Shown: one piece after another, positions 59,755 through 64,000 of the stretch | How positions within the stretch are numbered: position 1 is the stretch's first letter | How the letters are laid out: every line of letters begins with the position of its first letter | NCBI RefSeq assembly: GCF_963921235.1 | Contig: NC_086097.1 | Span: 119,848,001 to 119,912,000 of the forward strand | Source of the DNA: Mobula hypostoma | Taxonomy: Eukaryota | Direction: 5' to 3' | Length of the DNA: 64,000 bases | Notes under the pieces: model-generated | Database searches by the model: none | What the model saw: the letters and a program-made list of their open reading frames with translations, nothing else | What the model was told of the DNA's origin: nothing | Translations under genes and position numbers: made by a program

Positions 59755-60395
59755 TCATTGCCCATTCAGAAATCTGGTGGTGGAGGGGATGAAGTTGTTC
59801 CTGAAACATTGAGTGTGTGTCTTCAGGCTCTTGTACCTCTTCCTGGATGGTAATAATGAGATAAGGGCATATTTTGAATGAAGGAGGTCCTTTATGATGG
59901 ATGCCACCTTCTTAAGGCATTGACTTTTGAAGGTATTCTGCATGATGGGGTTGCTAGTTCGTATAATGGCTGAATTCTGCAGCTTTTTTTCTGATCCTGA
60001 GCAGTGGCCCCTCTATAACATACAGTGATGCAACGAGTTAGAATGCTCTCTGTGGCACATCTGTAAAAATATGAGTGTCTTTGGTGACATACCAATTCTC
60101 CTCAAACTCCTAATGAAGTATTGCTGATGTCACGCCTTCTTTGTAATTGCATCAATATTTAGGGTCCAGGATAGATCCTCAAAGATGTTGACTCCCAGGA
60201 ACTTGAAACTGCTCACCCTTTCCACTTCTGATTCCTTGATGAAGACTGTGGTGTGTGTTCCTTTAATTTACTCTGCTTGAGGCCCACAATCAATTCTTCG
60301 GTTTTACTGACATTGAGAGCAAGATTGTTGCTGTGACACCACTCCACTAGCTGATCTATTTCGCTCCTGTACACATCCTTGTCACTATCTGAACT
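59755..60395 (-). mobile_element. Rex1/Babar RT 3' fragment
   Basis: Encodes YRSEIDQLVEWCHSNNLALNVSKTEEL, ESILTRCITVCY, KKVASIIKD. Confidence 0.85.
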
Positions 60396-61181
60396 TCTTT
60401 TGCACATTGGTTGTTTGTCAGTCTCTGTTTATGAGTAGTTTTTCATCAATTATGTTGTATTTCTTTGTTTTCCTGTGAATGCCTGCAAAAATTAATTTCA
60501 GGTAGCATATGGAGACATACATGTACTTTAATAATAGATTTACTTTGAAAATTAAATTTAATTATATTTGTCTCCTCTATCATTTAAAGTATCCATCACT
60601 CTCCATGTGAAAGAATCTTGTCCTGCACTTTTCCTTTGAACTTAACTCCTCCCATCTAGTATTAAACATTTCATCCTGGGAATCAGGCTTCCCACTATCT
60701 AATCCTCTCATAATGTTATAAATTGTTATAAGGTCTCCCATCAGCTTTCACCACTCCAGAGAACCCTGTAAGGTTGACCATGCTCTCCTTATGGTAGCAG
60801 ACCTCTAATCCAGGCAAAATCCTGATAAACCTCTTCAGTATCTCTGGAAAGCCTCCACATCCTTCCAGTGATGGGCAATCAGAGTTAGGTGTAGTTAGTT
60901 TGGTGATAAATAAAGTAGATTCAAAATGCAGAGAAAGGGGGAGTGGGAGAAGTTTCAGATTTCAAGTTGAATTATCATTCAATCATACAAGACTATAGCT
61001 AAATGAAACAGAGTTCCTTTGGGGCCACAACCAAGGTGGAAAAATACATTAGCAACAGCACACGATACAGTGCATGTAGCACATGTGGTTACAATTTTAG
61101 AAAAATTGTCACAAAACAGAAAGACATATATAGCTCAAGCCCCTGAGTTGTCCTGGTCCAGCTTATTCTTCAATTAAGCAA

Positions 61182-61250
61182 CCACTGGAGGGCAGCACCA
61201 AGCGAGCACTGGAGAGTAGCACTGAGAGAATACTGGAAGGCAGCACCAAT
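61182..61250 (+). repeat. Three 24-bp-period tandem units (cactggagggcagcacc-like)
   Basis: Units start at 61183, 61207 and 61231. Confidence 0.7.
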
Positions 61251-64000
61251 GGGAGGGACCAGCTCCTAACCCAGTACGGAATCCAGCAGCCCACAGCCAG
61301 CTCGGGGTACTCCTTCACCAGTGACCGCAACAAGATACTCCAATGCATGAGTGCCTTGTCTCCGCAACAATCAAGTCAATGCAGCTCCCCTGCCGTCGGT
61401 CTCACCAATGAACCAGTGAACCAGACTTGTAGTATTCTATTTTACCAATGTCCAACAGGGCCTTGCAATCACAATAAAAATATCCAAGACAATTGGTCAC
61501 ACCGTTTATTTCGATCTCATACCATCTCGACACAATGGCATGCAAGAAGTCCAGGTGACAACACAACAACGGTGTACAATAAATCCAGCTCCATCACTCT
61601 TGAGCAACTGGCTAATGGGATAGTCCTGCAATACCTGATGTTTCTAGTCACCAGCAGTGACTTGCAATTGTAAAACAGATGTACAGGATGAACAAATATA
61701 CCTTTGATTGGATGCGGAATGGCTGCCGCATCCAAGTGAAAAATAATGGAGATTAACTGAGGAAAGAGAAAATAAAGCAAGATGTAGGATATCCAGCAAA
61801 ACTATTTTTATGGTTTTAACTTAAATCCTATATTATATCCTCTTATGTAAAGGTGGGTTCCCTCGTTACCCGTCTGCAAATTCTTCCTCTTGTGCGGAGG
61901 CCAGGTAGGAAATTTAGCTGACTGATAGAATTCAGGGAAGGTCTTTTTAACAAGGCTCTGCAATAAGATGGACTTACCATCAGCCTTTCTGAGGATCTGG
62001 AGACCTGCTCTCAGTAGTACACAGCTGGCCCTGAGAGGTTCAAGATGCTGAATTGCTGTATCGGCATGCCAAGGATCTAATCTATTCCATGCTGTGTGGA
62101 GCAATGTCATGCATAATGTACATATGCATCACCTGAATTAACAACCATCTGCTTGTGGATATCTGTTTTCAGCGAGTATCCACCCTTCTGTTTTTCAAAT
62201 ATATCTGGCATGCTAGACAGTCACAAAATGAAGGTGTCATGAATTATGCCACGGTAGAAGCATGGACTTGCATAATCCACTCTGTCGGGCAGCAGATGGA
62301 CAACCAAGGGGTGGAATCTTTCCTGTTGTGATACTCTTCCAATTGTAATGCACTTGGAAGAGCCTCATGGACTTAGTGAGTAGTTTTGTGCAATTTAGAG
62401 AAATAGATCATCTTAGCAATGCAGTATTATTTTATTATTTAGAGATATAGCGTGGTAACAGGACCTTTGGTAACACTGCACAGTTACACCCATGTGATCA
62501 ATTAACCTGATGACCTCTACATCTTTGGAGCATGGGAAGAAACTGGAGCACTTGGAGGAAATTCACGCGGTCACGTGGATGATATGCAAACTCCTCACAG
62601 ACAGCAATGGGGATCTGAACCCAGGTTGCTGGCATTGTAATAGATTCACGCTAACCTCTACACTAAGGTGCTGCCCCAAAGACAAGTACGCTTAATTGAC
62701 ATATCATTCTCTGGCAATTCAGAAGTTGAAGGATCAGAGACCTCCCTTTGAGCAGCAGTGTAGAACAATGTTATGTTATAAGCATCTCCATCACTATCCT
62801 GGAATCCTGACAGCCACTGGATCTTGTCCTGGAGTTGAGAAATATTTCAAAGCAGAGATCTTAGAGAACATGCAGGCATTTCACATGCTGTTAAGCTACA
62901 TAAAAGTGGGTTGCTTGCTAAAAGTCCCTTGGTAGGACAGGAACTCCCTCTGCCAGCAGGCTTTCCTGCTCTGCGCTCCTCCTGCCCACTCTCACAGCCA
63001 ATGTTCATACCAAAGGCTGGTGCTGAAGAGAAGACAGTGCTTTCAGCAGATGGTGCACAATTCCCTATTGACTTCAGGAATATTAAAGAACTATAGGAGC
63101 AACACTCAGTGGAAATTAATTAACAACTTGCTTACAGTATCTGATGATCTCTAAAAATGGCATATTCAGCCATGCAAGGCTAGCATCTCGCATTACCCAT
63201 GTTGTTAAGAACTAATTTAGCAGTAATGGTATTGAATCAGCATTGCATACTGGTTGAAACAGTTTGCCCACTGTTCACGATTTCTGGAGGGATAGGCATT
63301 ACATACTCCAATGCTTTTCCCAAAGGAGTGCCTGGTACAACCCCCGTGTATGCATGTATGATAGTTGGGACCAAATAATGTGTGATCTGAAAGTGGATAT
63401 TATGGTACAATCTCCTGGGACTATTAAATTAAGAGTTGACAAGACAGTAAACATAACTGCAATGCAGATTCAGATTCATTTATCACGTGTACATCAAAGC
63501 ATACAGAGAAATGTGTTACTTGCATTAACAATAAACACAACCTAAAGTTGTGCTGGGCATCCTGCAAGTGTCACCACATATTTCAGTGACTACCAAAGCA
63601 TAGTCACAGTGCTCAGCAGAACAACATAAGTATCAACAACAACAACAATGACAGAACACAACAAAACAAAACAACAACGGCAAAACAAGCCCCTCTCTTC
63701 CCCTCCACATGCCTCTCCACCCACATACCCCAACAGGCCTTCAACCTCCGGTGCCTGGCCCAGAATCGCAGACATGAAGCCTCCGACTTCCTTACATGCC
63801 AACCCAATGGCTTTAACAATTGAGTGTTGACATCTGGACTTGCCGACTTCATCCTTTGACGTTCAGTATTGACCCTAGGACTTGGCGATCAGATCAGAAC
63901 TCTGAACAGAAGGCCCCAAATTCCTGACTTGCATAGACCTCCAACCCCAGGACTTACCTATCTGAAGCCTGCTGTCTGCACAGACCTCCAATCCTTGTAC

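Noticed and set aside
61808..63545. Short ORFs and a minus-strand donor at ~61975 as a host gene
   Set aside because: No recognisable domain; lengths are compatible with chance.
1..64000. CRISPR arrays, operons or prokaryotic defence systems
   Set aside because: No repeat-spacer arrays or gene-dense prokaryotic organisation; content is vertebrate TE sequence.

Overview
Eukaryotic, repeat-dominated genomic DNA, most likely from a cartilaginous fish (ray/skate/shark). That assignment is inferred from the repeat mix: HER1-like CR1 LINEs with (TTTCTATG)n tails, V-domain SINEs, Rex1/Babar, and abundant Penelope pseudo-LTRs. I cannot identify any host protein-coding gene; every long ORF belongs to a transposable element. 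Main content: (1) an RTE LINE split by a nearly intact HERO-type restriction-endonuclease-like (RLE) non-LTR retrotransposon, which carries a ~555-bp head-to-tail terminal redundancy and a strongly structured 3' UTR (predicted kink-turn plus pseudoknot); (2) two large CR1 LINEs with near-identical ORF2 but different ORF1 modules, each with a U UUA AA(C/G) heptamer at the ORF1/ORF2 junction; (3) Penelope pseudo-LTRs carrying minimal hammerhead ribozymes, several in inverted pairs; (4) an ORF1-only I/Nimb-type LINE, Rex1/Babar remnants, Gypsy elements and solo LTRs, Tc1/mariner and hAT derivatives, SINEs, and a four-level nested insertion. A TE-poor island at ~54.5-57.4 kb has promoter-like and splice-site-like signals. 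Coordinates of degenerate repeats are approximate, read by eye.
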